A stretch of 64,000 nt of DNA from Candidatus Poribacteria bacterium (lineage in GTDB: Bacteria; Poribacteria; WGA-4E; WGA-3G): NCBI GenBank assembly GCA_965214095.1, contig OZ243938.1, positions 1-64,000 on the forward strand, written 5' to 3'. A model generated the notes under the pieces. It made no database searches. It was not told the origin of the DNA and saw only the letters and a list, made by a program, of their open reading frames with translations. Position numbers and translations under genes: made by a program. Every line of letters begins with the position of its first letter. Position 1 is the stretch's first letter. This document shows, one piece after another, positions 11,990 to 21,622 of the stretch.

Positions 11990-12903
11990 GATTCTTCGTT
12001 ATGTTCAGTTGGAATTTGTTCAAGATTATCCGTAACCTGCATTTCCAGGTCCAAGGCTTCTTTCCGTATCCGCATGTCATAATATAGGAGCGTAGAACCA
12101 ATTGATGCAATCGGTAGCAGCAGTGCAGCGATACCTATTGAAAAAAAGGTGCGGATAAAATATGTTAACCAACCAATATCTTCAGGCGTTGGCGCAAGAA
12201 CAAATAAAATAGTTTCAAGAGCGGTCGCATCATAAGGCATTTCGCCGGTACCAGGAATAAGCATGAATATAATGGAAAATGTAGTAGAAAGAATTATTGA
12301 TAGCATATAGAAGATGAGAATAATAGCTAACATGATTCCGAAGACCCGCCACCATTTTCCTTTTACTAATTCCGAACTACGACGAAATGATGCACCTACT
12401 GGTTTCTCCTCTATCATAATGGGAAGACCATATAATCCCCACCTTACAAACAAATAGATTGCAAATGGTATTCCAATGCAGGTTATAAATAAGAGTGTAA
12501 TAACCAACATATATAGGAGAGAACCACCAAGGAACGAAGTATAACGACGCAATGAGTGCTGTAAGGCAGCCTCAACAGTTATGTTCTTTCCTAAATACAC
12601 TTGCGAAGTTGCGTATATTATTGCTCCTATGACAAACAGAGACAGAAATAGTGAAGTGATTATAGCAAAAAACATCCCTACCAGAACGTCGTCAAGCGTA
12701 TTTCTTAAAACAAGATATACACCGATTTTATCAATCACATAGCCGATTACAAAATATACAAGGCAGATCTTAAAAAAGAGTTGAAAGTTGTTGCGATAGA
12801 GTGAAAACATCCCGTCAAGGATGTCGGTGAGATTCAACGGTTGCAGAGATGGCAAGGATTCATTGCTTTCACTTTCTGGTACTAGGGTATTGTGTTCTTG
12901 CAT
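11986..12903 (-). CDS. Integral membrane protein (GDPD membrane-domain-like) of the MoxR cluster
   Basis: LQPLNLTDILDGMFSLYRNNF, RRSSELVKGKWWRVFG, LLYYDMRIRKE; start MQEH after GAGGAG. Confidence 0.75.
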   Translation of the reverse strand: MQEHNTLVPESESNESLPSLQPLNLTDILDGMFSLYRNNFQLFFKICLVYFVIGYVIDKIGVYLVLRNTLDDVLVGMFFAIITSLFLSLFVIGAIIYATSQVYLGKNITVEAALQHSLRRYTSFLGGSLLYMLVITLLFITCIGIPFAIYLFVRWGLYGLPIMIEEKPVGASFRRSSELVKGKWWRVFGIMLAIILIFYMLSIILSTTFSIIFMLIPGTGEMPYDATALETILFVLAPTPEDIGWLTYFIRTFFSIGIAALLLPIASIGSTLLYYDMRIRKEALDLEMQVTDNLEQIPTEHNEES

Positions 12904-13007
12904 ATTCTCCTCAAGTATGATGTTCTTTAGATGCATGATTAGTTTATCTCATTTTGTTTTTTATTTCAAGACAATGTGATGTACTTGAATCCTTGAATCA
13001 ACTTGAT

Positions 13008-13036
13008 TTGACAAATACAATAGAATGGTGTATAAT
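13008..13036 (+). promoter_or_regulatory. Consensus sigma70 promoter for iscU-like/iscA
   Basis: Perfect TTGACA-17bp-TATAAT. Confidence 0.8.
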
Positions 13037-13090
13037 ATGAAATTATAGAGTTTCTTGGTGTTATGTTGAACTACTGAATAGGAAAAAGTT

Positions 13091-13450
13091 ATGTATTCAC
13101 AACAGGTAACAGAACACTTTGAAAACCCACGCAATGTTGGCACAATTGCTGATGCGGATGGTTCAGCCACTATTGGTTCCGCTGCAAGTGGGGAAATGTT
13201 GAAACTTACCATAAAGATATTGAATGATTCAGTTGTGGATGCCAAGTTCCGTGCGTTTGGTTGTCCGACTGCAATTGCATGTGGGTCTGTTCTTACAGAA
13301 TTAGTATCGGATAACCGTCTTATTGATGTATCTGAGATAACAGCGGCAGATATATCGGATGCGTTAGGTGGATTGCCAGTAGACAAACAACGTTATGCTG
13401 AATATGCAGAGGAAGTTCTAAAAGAAGCTTTAGTGAACTTAAATAGATAA
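13091..13450 (+). CDS. IscU/NifU-N-like Fe-S scaffold homolog with degenerate ligands
   Basis: MYSQQVTEHFENPRNVG and AKFRAFGC are IscU-like; only one of three canonical Cys is retained. Confidence 0.85.
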   Translation: MYSQQVTEHFENPRNVGTIADADGSATIGSAASGEMLKLTIKILNDSVVDAKFRAFGCPTAIACGSVLTELVSDNRLIDVSEITAADISDALGGLPVDKQRYAEYAEEVLKEALVNLNR

Positions 13451-13464
13451 CAGGAGATAGAGCA

Positions 13465-13794
13465 ATGATTAATGTAACGGAATCAGCGGCACAAAAAGCA
13501 ATTATACTGATTAATGGCAATGACAATGACACCGATAGTGAACTGGGTTTACGAATGCAGGTGATCGGTGGTGGCTGCTCAGGTTTTCAGTATAGCCTTG
13601 AATTCGGAGAAGCGAAAGGAACTGATAGGGTGTATGAATTTCATGGGTTGAAGGTCTATATTGATCCCCGTAGTTCTCTCTATCTTGCCGGTTCGGTGCT
13701 GGATTACAATGACGGTCTTATGGATTCAGGATTTAAGATCTCTAATCCAAATGCTAAAAACACATGTGGCTGTGGTGAATCCTTCAGTGTGTAA
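13465..13794 (+). CDS. iscA: IscA/ErpA/HesB A-type Fe-S carrier
   Basis: GGGCSGFQY and NPNAKNTCGCGESF. Confidence 0.93.
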   Translation: MINVTESAAQKAIILINGNDNDTDSELGLRMQVIGGGCSGFQYSLEFGEAKGTDRVYEFHGLKVYIDPRSSLYLAGSVLDYNDGLMDSGFKISNPNAKNTCGCGESFSV

Positions 13795-13800
13795 TGAATA

Positions 13801-13834
13801 TCCGGTAGAAATGTTAGTTTTCATATCTACCGGA
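13801..13834. terminator. Hairpin between convergent genes
   Basis: TCCGGTAGA(A)ATG...CAT(A)TCTACCGGA inverted repeat. Confidence 0.55.
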
Positions 13835-13867
13835 ATTGAGTCTTAAGACACCATTTTGTTTTGAGAC

Positions 13868-14626
13868 TTATAGTGTCTTGTATAGTTCCGCATGTCGTTT
13901 CAACACAGCATCTGAATCCTTGGGATTAATCACCTCAATAGAGATAAAACCTGTGTAATTATCTTCTGCGAGAAGTGTTAGAGAGTCTTTTTCAGTGTCA
14001 GGCATGGGACCTTCGTCCCCAAAACTGACGTGTGCATGACGGACTTTATTACGAAGGTGTACATACGCTACATCCACTGGTTGTCCGTGTCGAACGTGGT
14101 GTCCTGCGTGCCAATTCACATAGGTATTCTTCGCTTCTGCCCGATATAACACTTCTGCCAAGTAACTTGCCAATAGATTTCCGTGAGTTTCCAAACAGAG
14201 TGCTACTCCTGCCTCACCTGCTATCCCATCACATTGCCTAATTCCATCAGCTTCCCAATCAAGTGTTTGATCGACTTCATTTGGTGTTTTCGGTACAGGA
14301 TCGCCGAAGATACGGATATTTTGTGCTCCCATCTTTTCTGAGAGATCAATATATCGTTTTAGCAAGTCGACTTGTTGCTGCCGTTTTTGAGCATCCGGAT
14401 CAATAAATCGCACACCCGTTGCAATACAAGATAAAGCAATCCCACTATCTTCAAATTGTGATTTTGCATCGCTGAGTTGTTGTGGTGAAGAATCCAATTC
14501 TACACCGTGTCCGTGATCCCATTCTACACGGAGTTCTAAATGTTCATAGTTATAATGTTTTGCCTTGTCAATCAATTCTGGCACCGACAATGGTGGACAG
14601 ACAGACGACATGAAACCAAATATCAT
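13868..14626 (-). CDS. Sugar-phosphate isomerase/epimerase (xylose isomerase-like TIM barrel)
   Basis: LELR, IRIFG, LCLETHG, HAHV, GFISIE metal-ligand pattern. Confidence 0.8.
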   Translation of the reverse strand: MIFGFMSSVCPPLSVPELIDKAKHYNYEHLELRVEWDHGHGVELDSSPQQLSDAKSQFEDSGIALSCIATGVRFIDPDAQKRQQQVDLLKRYIDLSEKMGAQNIRIFGDPVPKTPNEVDQTLDWEADGIRQCDGIAGEAGVALCLETHGNLLASYLAEVLYRAEAKNTYVNWHAGHHVRHGQPVDVAYVHLRNKVRHAHVSFGDEGPMPDTEKDSLTLLAEDNYTGFISIEVINPKDSDAVLKRHAELYKTL

Positions 14627-14691
14627 GTGATTCCTCCATATATTCACTAAGTTTCTCTATCTGCTGTGTCAACAACCTGATAGATATTGTT

Positions 14692-17600
14692 TTATCCTTT
14701 GATATCAATAGTTGAACTACCATCACCTTTTTTCTTTACGTTGATTCTGACTGGTAGTCGTCTTGTTAATTCTTGAATGTGGCTAATAATGTAGATGTTT
14801 CGTCCTTGCACACGAAGTCCTTCTAAAGCTGCGATTGCTATATCAAGTGTTTCAGCATCCAATGTGCCAAATCCTTCATCAAGGAAGAGCGAATTGATTT
14901 GTGCGCGACCTTGACTGAGTTCTGAAAGTGCCAGTGCCAACGCCAGGCTTGTCAGGAATGACTCACCACCAGAGAGGGTTTCAACAGGTCGTTCTTCATT
15001 TGCATTCCATCGGTCTATGACAGTCAGATCGCCAATACTTTCAACTTTAAGCTGATAACGCTCTGAAGTGAGATTTTTCAATTGTTGGTTGGCTAAAAGT
15101 CCCATCTGTTTGAATATAATCTCTAAAGCAAAGTCGCGTAGAGTGTGTGCGCTGATTGTATCCTTTAATCTTTGCCAACGTTCTAATTCTGTCTTAGCAG
15201 CGTGTTCTTCACTAGCAAGGTCCTCTCGTTTTCGAAGATTATCTTTCAATTCTCTTATTTTCTCCTCTTGTACAGCGATTTTTCCCAGAATTTCTTGATT
15301 CTGTGCTGCGATTTCTTCTGCTAAAGTTGTGATCTGTTTTAGGACCTCCGTATCATACGGCGTTTCTACAAACTGCATCCGCAACGCTATAATTTTAGAA
15401 TCAAGCTGCTGTTGTTCGTTTTTATGAGCATCGATTTTTTCGGTTAGTGCTTGTATCTGTGTGTTGTCTCGGAATGCTGAGTTGTGCACATCAGGCGATT
15501 CAAATCCTGCTTCGTCCAATTTATTCAAGTAAGTGTCCCTTGATTTTTCAAAATGTTCACTTTTCTTCATCAATTGTTCTTTACCAATTTTCTGACTTGT
15601 CTCTTTCTGAATTAATAGTGTGCGTTTTTTTTCTAATTGTTGTTCGGTTTCATCGCGTTCATCTTTTTTCACTTGTAAATCCGTTTCTAATTTAGTAATA
15701 GCATCGTTGATCTCATTTTCTGTTTCTAAGCCATCAGTTTTCTCCTGTACATCTTCCAAAATCTTTTCTGCTTCGTTTTGATAGCGTTTGATTTCATTTT
15801 GCAGTTCAGTCAGATTTTCTTGCAATCCTGACAGTTCACGTTGATTGCTCTGAATTTCGGTGTTAAGCATATTAAGTCGGTGGTTTTTGCTGGTAAGTTC
15901 CTGTTCACGCGTTGCTGCTTTTTCGATCTTATCATCAAACCGTTTGGCAGCTTCATCTGGAGTAAAATCGTGAAATACTTCGGGCATTGAAGTCCAAAAA
16001 TCTTTCTCAATAGAAGAAATATCCAATTTCAAGCCTTCAATCTCATCTGTTACTGTCTCCAATTCCTGTTTTCTATCGTTCAACAGTTTGCTTTCTCGTT
16101 TATGTTCACGTTCACTAGTTGCGAGTTCTTGAGAGACTTGATTTAACTCATTGGATATTTGAATGTAAGCGTCACGAAAAGTGTTAAGGTTTTTAATGAC
16201 AGAGTCTGCTTCATTAAACCTTTCATCAACCCATTTGGATGAGATGTCTGAAGATTCATAGAGTTCTTGCCATTTCGCGTAGAGGTCTGCGGTTTCAGTA
16301 TTTAGGTTTTCTATTTCTTCAATGCACTCGTCAACTTGTTTGGCGGTGTTAGATTTATCTTGTTGGAGACGCACCTGATTCTGTTCTAATTCTTGCTTCT
16401 GTTTCTGTACATTTATCGCCTCTGTTTTGGCATCGTCTAATGTTTTCTCAATACTATCAAGTAACGCCTCGCTTTCATGCTGAACTTTATCAGCATAAGG
16501 ATGATCTGTAGCACCACATACACGACACGGTTGTCCTGGTTCAAGCTGATGTCGGAGTTGATTTACAGGGTCCGCTAAGAGTGCAATGTCCCTCTCTGCT
16601 TCTAATTTTTCAACTTCTGCATCTGCTCGTTTACAGATCTGCGACTGAATTTCAAGTTTTTTCGCATGTTCATCAAGAGATTTATCAAGTTTAATTATAT
16701 GTCCCTGAAATTCCGCTAAACTCTCTTTTTTCTCACAGAGTTGTCTATAGGCATTTTCATACTCCTGCGCTATTGGTCGCGCCTTTCTTGCTCTATCTCT
16801 TCTGTCCTGCCAATCTTCAAGAGTGCCAGTACTTTGAAGTGCCTTAGATTCGGTTTCAACTTGTTTTAGATCATTTGCCACATTTGCTTCTTTTGAACGG
16901 AGTTCTCCTTGGTTATCAGAGAGTTCTTTTAACTTTTCTTCAAACTCACTTATTCGTGACTCATACTCTGACTGGGCATCTTCTTTTTCTTTTTGCTGTT
17001 TGCGTTTTGAGTTGAGTTCTGACAGCAGAACATTTGTTCGGTTAAGACGTGACTGACGATCCGATGGAAGAGGGTTTTGAATTAAAAAGGCTTCTGCTGC
17101 CGCAATCTGTTCCTGCAATTCGACTTGTTCAGTTTGTTTACCACTGAACTGGCTTGATGATCTGTTTATCTGCTGATTCAAACTTTCTAATGCAGGGTTA
17201 CGCTTCTCAACCTCTGCAAGTCGGTCTGCTGCGCGTTCCACATCTGATTTTGCATCAGCGTATATCCCTATCTTTTGATCTCGTTCGGTAGAGGCAGTAG
17301 TGTATATTTCCTTTTTTATGTTAAAATCGGTCTGATTGGTCTTTACTTGCTTTTGGGCTTCCACAAACTCAGTTTCAATCTTCTGTAACTCCTCCGATGC
17401 GGTTTCTTTTTCCGACTTTGCGGTATCATACGCTTGTTTCTCTGCGCGAAGTTTATTTGCCTGTTCAGCGTATTCAAGCTCCGATTTGAGTTCATCGATC
17501 ATCGGTTGCTGATCGGTGAGTTCTCCGAGTCTATCTTCAGAAGATTGGAGTGTTTCAAAGTTATCTTTGCGATCTTTTTCGTGATCTTTTTGCTCCTGAA

Positions 17601-18291
17601 TGCGTTGATTTCTTATACCTAATGTCTTTTCTTCTGTTTTGAAACTGTCAAGTTCTCTCTCTGCCTTCTCTATTAGTTCAGGAGAGGCTTCCGGAATCTG
17701 ATCTAATCTCCTCTCTATCTCGTCATAAACAGCCGCAGCTTCACTGACTTTGTCAAGTAATATCTGCCTAAGTATGTCGTAGATATGGATACCGGCAGTT
17801 GCTTCCAGAATTGTGCGTCTGTGGTCTTTCCCTGCTTTCAAGAATGCTGCAAACTGACCTTGCGCTAACATCACAGACTGATTGAACGCAGCAAAGTTCA
17901 GTCCTAAAATAGATTCAATTTCTTGGCTAACATTGGTCGTGATTAACTCACCGGAACTATCAAATAGTTGTGTTCTTGGAGAATAGTTGCGTCTAATTAT
18001 CCAAGTAGCATGGTATCGTTTTCTGTTTACCTCAAAATAGACTTCAGCAAATGCCTCGTTTTCACCATGACTGATGAGATGTTTAGGATTTCGCGTGTCG
18101 CGTCCTGTTAAACGAGGCGTTTTACCATAAAGTGCAACACAAATTGCATCTAACAACGTTGTTTTCCCCGCACCTGTAGACCCCGTAATCGCCACAAGCG
18201 GGGTATCATTCAACGGAGGTTTTTCAAAATCAAGTTCTACCTCATCACGAAAACTATTTAGATTTTTTATTTTTACTTTACATAATTTCAT
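14692..18291 (-). CDS. sbcC: SbcC (Rad50-like) exonuclease ATPase subunit
   Basis: GSTGAGKT, LAQGQF, long coiled coils, Zn hook CRVCG, LSGGE, FLDEGFGTLD. Confidence 0.95.
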   Translation of the reverse strand: MKLCKVKIKNLNSFRDEVELDFEKPPLNDTPLVAITGSTGAGKTTLLDAICVALYGKTPRLTGRDTRNPKHLISHGENEAFAEVYFEVNRKRYHATWIIRRNYSPRTQLFDSSGELITTNVSQEIESILGLNFAAFNQSVMLAQGQFAAFLKAGKDHRRTILEATAGIHIYDILRQILLDKVSEAAAVYDEIERRLDQIPEASPELIEKAERELDSFKTEEKTLGIRNQRIQEQKDHEKDRKDNFETLQSSEDRLGELTDQQPMIDELKSELEYAEQANKLRAEKQAYDTAKSEKETASEELQKIETEFVEAQKQVKTNQTDFNIKKEIYTTASTERDQKIGIYADAKSDVERAADRLAEVEKRNPALESLNQQINRSSSQFSGKQTEQVELQEQIAAAEAFLIQNPLPSDRQSRLNRTNVLLSELNSKRKQQKEKEDAQSEYESRISEFEEKLKELSDNQGELRSKEANVANDLKQVETESKALQSTGTLEDWQDRRDRARKARPIAQEYENAYRQLCEKKESLAEFQGHIIKLDKSLDEHAKKLEIQSQICKRADAEVEKLEAERDIALLADPVNQLRHQLEPGQPCRVCGATDHPYADKVQHESEALLDSIEKTLDDAKTEAINVQKQKQELEQNQVRLQQDKSNTAKQVDECIEEIENLNTETADLYAKWQELYESSDISSKWVDERFNEADSVIKNLNTFRDAYIQISNELNQVSQELATSEREHKRESKLLNDRKQELETVTDEIEGLKLDISSIEKDFWTSMPEVFHDFTPDEAAKRFDDKIEKAATREQELTSKNHRLNMLNTEIQSNQRELSGLQENLTELQNEIKRYQNEAEKILEDVQEKTDGLETENEINDAITKLETDLQVKKDERDETEQQLEKKRTLLIQKETSQKIGKEQLMKKSEHFEKSRDTYLNKLDEAGFESPDVHNSAFRDNTQIQALTEKIDAHKNEQQQLDSKIIALRMQFVETPYDTEVLKQITTLAEEIAAQNQEILGKIAVQEEKIRELKDNLRKREDLASEEHAAKTELERWQRLKDTISAHTLRDFALEIIFKQMGLLANQQLKNLTSERYQLKVESIGDLTVIDRWNANEERPVETLSGGESFLTSLALALALSELSQGRAQINSLFLDEGFGTLDAETLDIAIAALEGLRVQGRNIYIISHIQELTRRLPVRINVKKKGDGSSTIDIKG

Positions 18292-19460
18292 TAGGATTCC
18301 TCAACCATCTGGAGTAATTCGTTAAACGTTTGTCTTAAGGTATCATCAGGTGGCTTACCGCCATGTTTTTCCTTGTAGAATTGTTCAAAGATTTCCTCAG
18401 GCTTCTTCATATCTTCAGCAGAAATGTCGCTACCTTTCTCCATTTCGGGCATCTCAATCTCAACGCTCAGTACTTCACCCCCACTTTCGTAGAAAGCTTG
18501 TCGAATTTCATCACTGATTCCAGTTCGCACAGAGTCCAGTTTCAATTTTACCTGAATATACTTGCCCTCCCACTTTTTTATCATCACCTCCGAAAGGACA
18601 GAGGTTTCATCCCCTTCAACAGTACATAACTTTCTGAAAATTGGTATTTCAATCTCTTCATCGTTTAGTATCTCTGCATCGTTAGAAAACTCAAAAAGAA
18701 ATACTTTTTTGGTATATTTCGCTTCATTAAACCTTAGAGGAATAGGTGAACCAGAATAACGGATTGGGATGTCAACGCCCTGGATAGTTTGTGGTCTATG
18801 GAGATGACCGAGTGCGATATAATCAACGTCATCAGGAAAATCGGATGCCTTTATTGCTGATGCACCCCCAATTTGGATATTCCTTTCAGAATTCGTCTCT
18901 TGCCCGTTGTGCACAAACAGGTGCCCCATCAATATTTTAGGAAGTTCTGTTGGCATGTAGGATACACACTTTGCATAAAGATCTTTAAGTCTCTCACGAT
19001 AACGTTCAGTCTTTTCTATCTCGGATTCAAAAGAGACATGCGGGAGTTCATTTTCTGATAGATATGGCACAGCTGCAACAGCAACTTGGGGATCATCAGG
19101 GGGAATCTGGACAACGCATTCTTCTGGTGTAGTTGCTTGTCCTACAACATGAATACGACCCATTTTAAGAAATTCTTTGGGTGCTTCTAAGTGGCGTGCA
19201 GAATCGTGGTTACCTGCAATAATTACCGTATATGTCTGAGTATTCTTGTATAGATTATAGAGAAATTGGTAATAAAGGTTGGTTGCTTCTGCGGAAGGAA
19301 GTGATGTGTCGAAAATATCACCTGAAACAAGGAGTAGGTCTATGTTATTTTCTTTGATAATCTGAAGTAACCATGTTAGAAACTGTTCATGTTCATTAAG
19401 ACGTTGACGTTCATGAAGTCGTTGTCCGATATGCCAATCGGCAGTGTGCAAAATACGCAT
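18291..19460 (-). CDS. sbcD: SbcD (Mre11-like) nuclease subunit
   Basis: HTADWHIG, SGDIFD, AGNHDS, ALGHLH, RYSGSP; stop overlaps the sbcC start. Confidence 0.96.
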   Translation of the reverse strand: MRILHTADWHIGQRLHERQRLNEHEQFLTWLLQIIKENNIDLLLVSGDIFDTSLPSAEATNLYYQFLYNLYKNTQTYTVIIAGNHDSARHLEAPKEFLKMGRIHVVGQATTPEECVVQIPPDDPQVAVAAVPYLSENELPHVSFESEIEKTERYRERLKDLYAKCVSYMPTELPKILMGHLFVHNGQETNSERNIQIGGASAIKASDFPDDVDYIALGHLHRPQTIQGVDIPIRYSGSPIPLRFNEAKYTKKVFLFEFSNDAEILNDEEIEIPIFRKLCTVEGDETSVLSEVMIKKWEGKYIQVKLKLDSVRTGISDEIRQAFYESGGEVLSVEIEMPEMEKGSDISAEDMKKPEEIFEQFYKEKHGGKPPDDTLRQTFNELLQMVEES

Positions 19461-19558
19461 GTAATCCTCTTTTTACAATGTCCTATAATACATTATATGA
19501 TATAATAGATTTACATTTATATCAAGTCCAAAATTAAATTTGCTTATAGGAGAAAGAT

Positions 19559-20299
19559 ATGCGTTTTTCGCTATTGTTTTTACTAATTGCTTTGTTCACA
19601 TTGACGATGTTAGTTTCAATGAATACATCAGCAGATTTGCTTTTTCATGACGATTTTGAGAGCGATTCAATAGACCAGGAACCGAAAAACTGGGATATTG
19701 GGTTTGCTGGTAATACGAAGGCAATAGTTGTTGCCGATCCCAAAGATGCTGGAAATAAAGTGTTGAAAACATCCGATAAAGCATCCAATGCCTCACGTCA
19801 TGATGGTCCTGGTGGATCTATCTATGTTTGTGGTGAAGATGATTGGGACGATTATGTTGCTGAATGGGATATGATGTTTCCAGATGATTTTTATATGGGT
19901 GTTGTTTTTCGTTTTAAAGATGGTGAGCAGTTCTACTTGAGTGACCGTCGTCAAGGGGGTAATATTTACCAATTCTATAAACGTAAGAACGGGTGGCCCC
20001 TAATCGGAAATGGTATGGTAGAAAACCAACCACAGGTTTGGTATCGTGCGCAACTCACATTGGACGGGGATTCCTTCACCTTCAAACTGAAGGAACGTGA
20101 TGACGCTACACCCTTTAATAACGTAGATCCGGCTACAGAAGCTAAAGATGCCGAATACAAGACCGGTAAGTTTGGCAATTATGGTCTGGTTTACATAGAC
20201 AATCTCTTTATTGGTGATTCCGTAGACGACTTGGTATTGCCAGTAGAACCGCAGAATAAGTTAAGCACAACCTGGGGACAAATTAAATCCTCATATTAG
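19559..20299 (+). CDS. Secreted concanavalin-A/DUF1080-like beta-sandwich protein with C-terminal TTWG motif
   Basis: Signal peptide, FHDDFE start, WDDYVAEWDM, GVVFRFKD, C-terminus LPVEPQNKLSTTWGQIK. Confidence 0.7.
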   Translation: MRFSLLFLLIALFTLTMLVSMNTSADLLFHDDFESDSIDQEPKNWDIGFAGNTKAIVVADPKDAGNKVLKTSDKASNASRHDGPGGSIYVCGEDDWDDYVAEWDMMFPDDFYMGVVFRFKDGEQFYLSDRRQGGNIYQFYKRKNGWPLIGNGMVENQPQVWYRAQLTLDGDSFTFKLKERDDATPFNNVDPATEAKDAEYKTGKFGNYGLVYIDNLFIGDSVDDLVLPVEPQNKLSTTWGQIKSSY

Positions 20300-20309
20300 T
20301 TTCAATAAA

Positions 20310-20337
20310 GAGGGTGGTTATCTTCACTTCCACCCTC
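20310..20337. terminator. Hairpin downstream of the secreted-protein gene
   Basis: GAGGGTGG...CCACCCTC 8-bp stem; no strong U tract. Confidence 0.4.
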
Positions 20338-20430
20338 ATAACTTTCAGATAGACATAAGAGATATACATAATGTCAATATACATTGCACACGGTGCACAA
20401 GATTCAATTATTTCAACGTTGAATGCGCGT

Positions 20431-20545
20431 ATGGCATTCAGCGGGTTCAAACTTCATCTGTGTGTCAACATATCTGGTGAACTTTTAGGTGTTGAGTTCA
20501 CACCTGCCACAACAGATGACCGGAAAGTTGTTCCGAAGATTGCTT
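20431..20545 (+). pseudogene. IS982-family transposase fragment
   Basis: FSGFKLHLCVNISGELLGVEFTPATTDDRKVV resembles the IS982 motif FYGFKLHLxxxxxGExxxxxxTxxxxDDR; no TIRs or remaining ORF seen. Confidence 0.75.
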
Positions 20546-21584
20546 ATACAGATCTATTGAATTTTGCTATTTTCTTTTCAAATAACGGATTATCCAATGC
20601 ATCTCTATTTACAATATAGTTTGGTAATCTACCCGATGCGACAGCAATAATACTCTCACACGCGCTTTTCCCATTACCTTCAAAACATTCATCTGTCCAA
20701 CAGATACTATGCGGCGTAAGGATTACATTGTCTAAACTTAGGAGTGGATCGCTTTCGTCAATGGGTTCATTTTCAAACACATCAAGTCCTGCACCTTGAA
20801 TACGACCATTCTGTAGAGCATCTGTGAGTGCATTTTGGTCTACAATCGGTCCACGTGCTGTGTTGATTAAGTAAGCAGTAGGTTTCATCATGCCAATATA
20901 TTTTGCATCAACAAGTCCCTGAGTGTGTTCGTTTAATGGACAACAGACACAGACGAAATCTGCTGTTTTCATCAAAGTCTCCAAATCAACGATTTCAGTG
21001 TCAACTTCTGCTGCGTCTGCTGCTGAGATGAATGGATCGTATGTAATATGGTGCATGCCGAATGGTTTTGCAAGTTTAAATGTCTCTTTCCCAATATTTC
21101 CCATACCAATAAGCCCCAGGGTTTTACCGACTAAACCCATTCCCATATAGTCTTTAGTATCTTCCCATCTTCCTGAACGGATGAGTTGATCCTTTATCCG
21201 TAGTTGATGGCTCAACGAGAGAACAAAGGTCAATATGGAGGTTGCAACGGGTCTACGGACACCATCCGGGGCGATTGTAAGTATAACACCGTTATCAGTG
21301 CAGGCTTGTACATCTACCTTATCATATCCAACGCCAAATCTTGCGATGATAGTTAATCTGTCATTACCGCTAAAGGTGTTTTTTGTAATACGTGATCCCA
21401 ACACCAATAAGGCATCATAATCTATTACATGTTCAACGTTTAAATCGGCAGAGTTATGGTCTATATATTCCCATTCCAAATCTGCTTTAGCAAACAGTGG
21501 TCCCGCAATGTGATCTAAATCTGAACTTCCATCAGGTTTTAAGAAGTCACGTGTTACACCCACACGAAATTTGTCTTCAAACAT
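20544..21584 (-). CDS. D-isomer-specific 2-hydroxyacid dehydrogenase (SerA-like)
   Basis: ARFGVGYD, GLIGMGNIG, LINTARG, GAGLDVFENEP, LTPH. Confidence 0.9.
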   Translation of the reverse strand: MFEDKFRVGVTRDFLKPDGSSDLDHIAGPLFAKADLEWEYIDHNSADLNVEHVIDYDALLVLGSRITKNTFSGNDRLTIIARFGVGYDKVDVQACTDNGVILTIAPDGVRRPVATSILTFVLSLSHQLRIKDQLIRSGRWEDTKDYMGMGLVGKTLGLIGMGNIGKETFKLAKPFGMHHITYDPFISAADAAEVDTEIVDLETLMKTADFVCVCCPLNEHTQGLVDAKYIGMMKPTAYLINTARGPIVDQNALTDALQNGRIQGAGLDVFENEPIDESDPLLSLDNVILTPHSICWTDECFEGNGKSACESIIAVASGRLPNYIVNRDALDNPLFEKKIAKFNRSV

Positions 21585-21622
21585 TGATATTCCTCAACTT
21601 ATCAAATTGAAATGTCAATCTA

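Noticed and set aside
12961-13386. 141-aa minus-strand ORF and the many other 60-150 aa overlapping ORFs in the track
   Set aside because: Antisense or out-of-frame shadows of well-supported genes, with no motifs.
14692-19460. SMC-type defence system (Wadjet/Lamassu)
   Set aside because: Canonical SbcD plus SbcC with Zn hook; no jet/lmu partner or effector genes.
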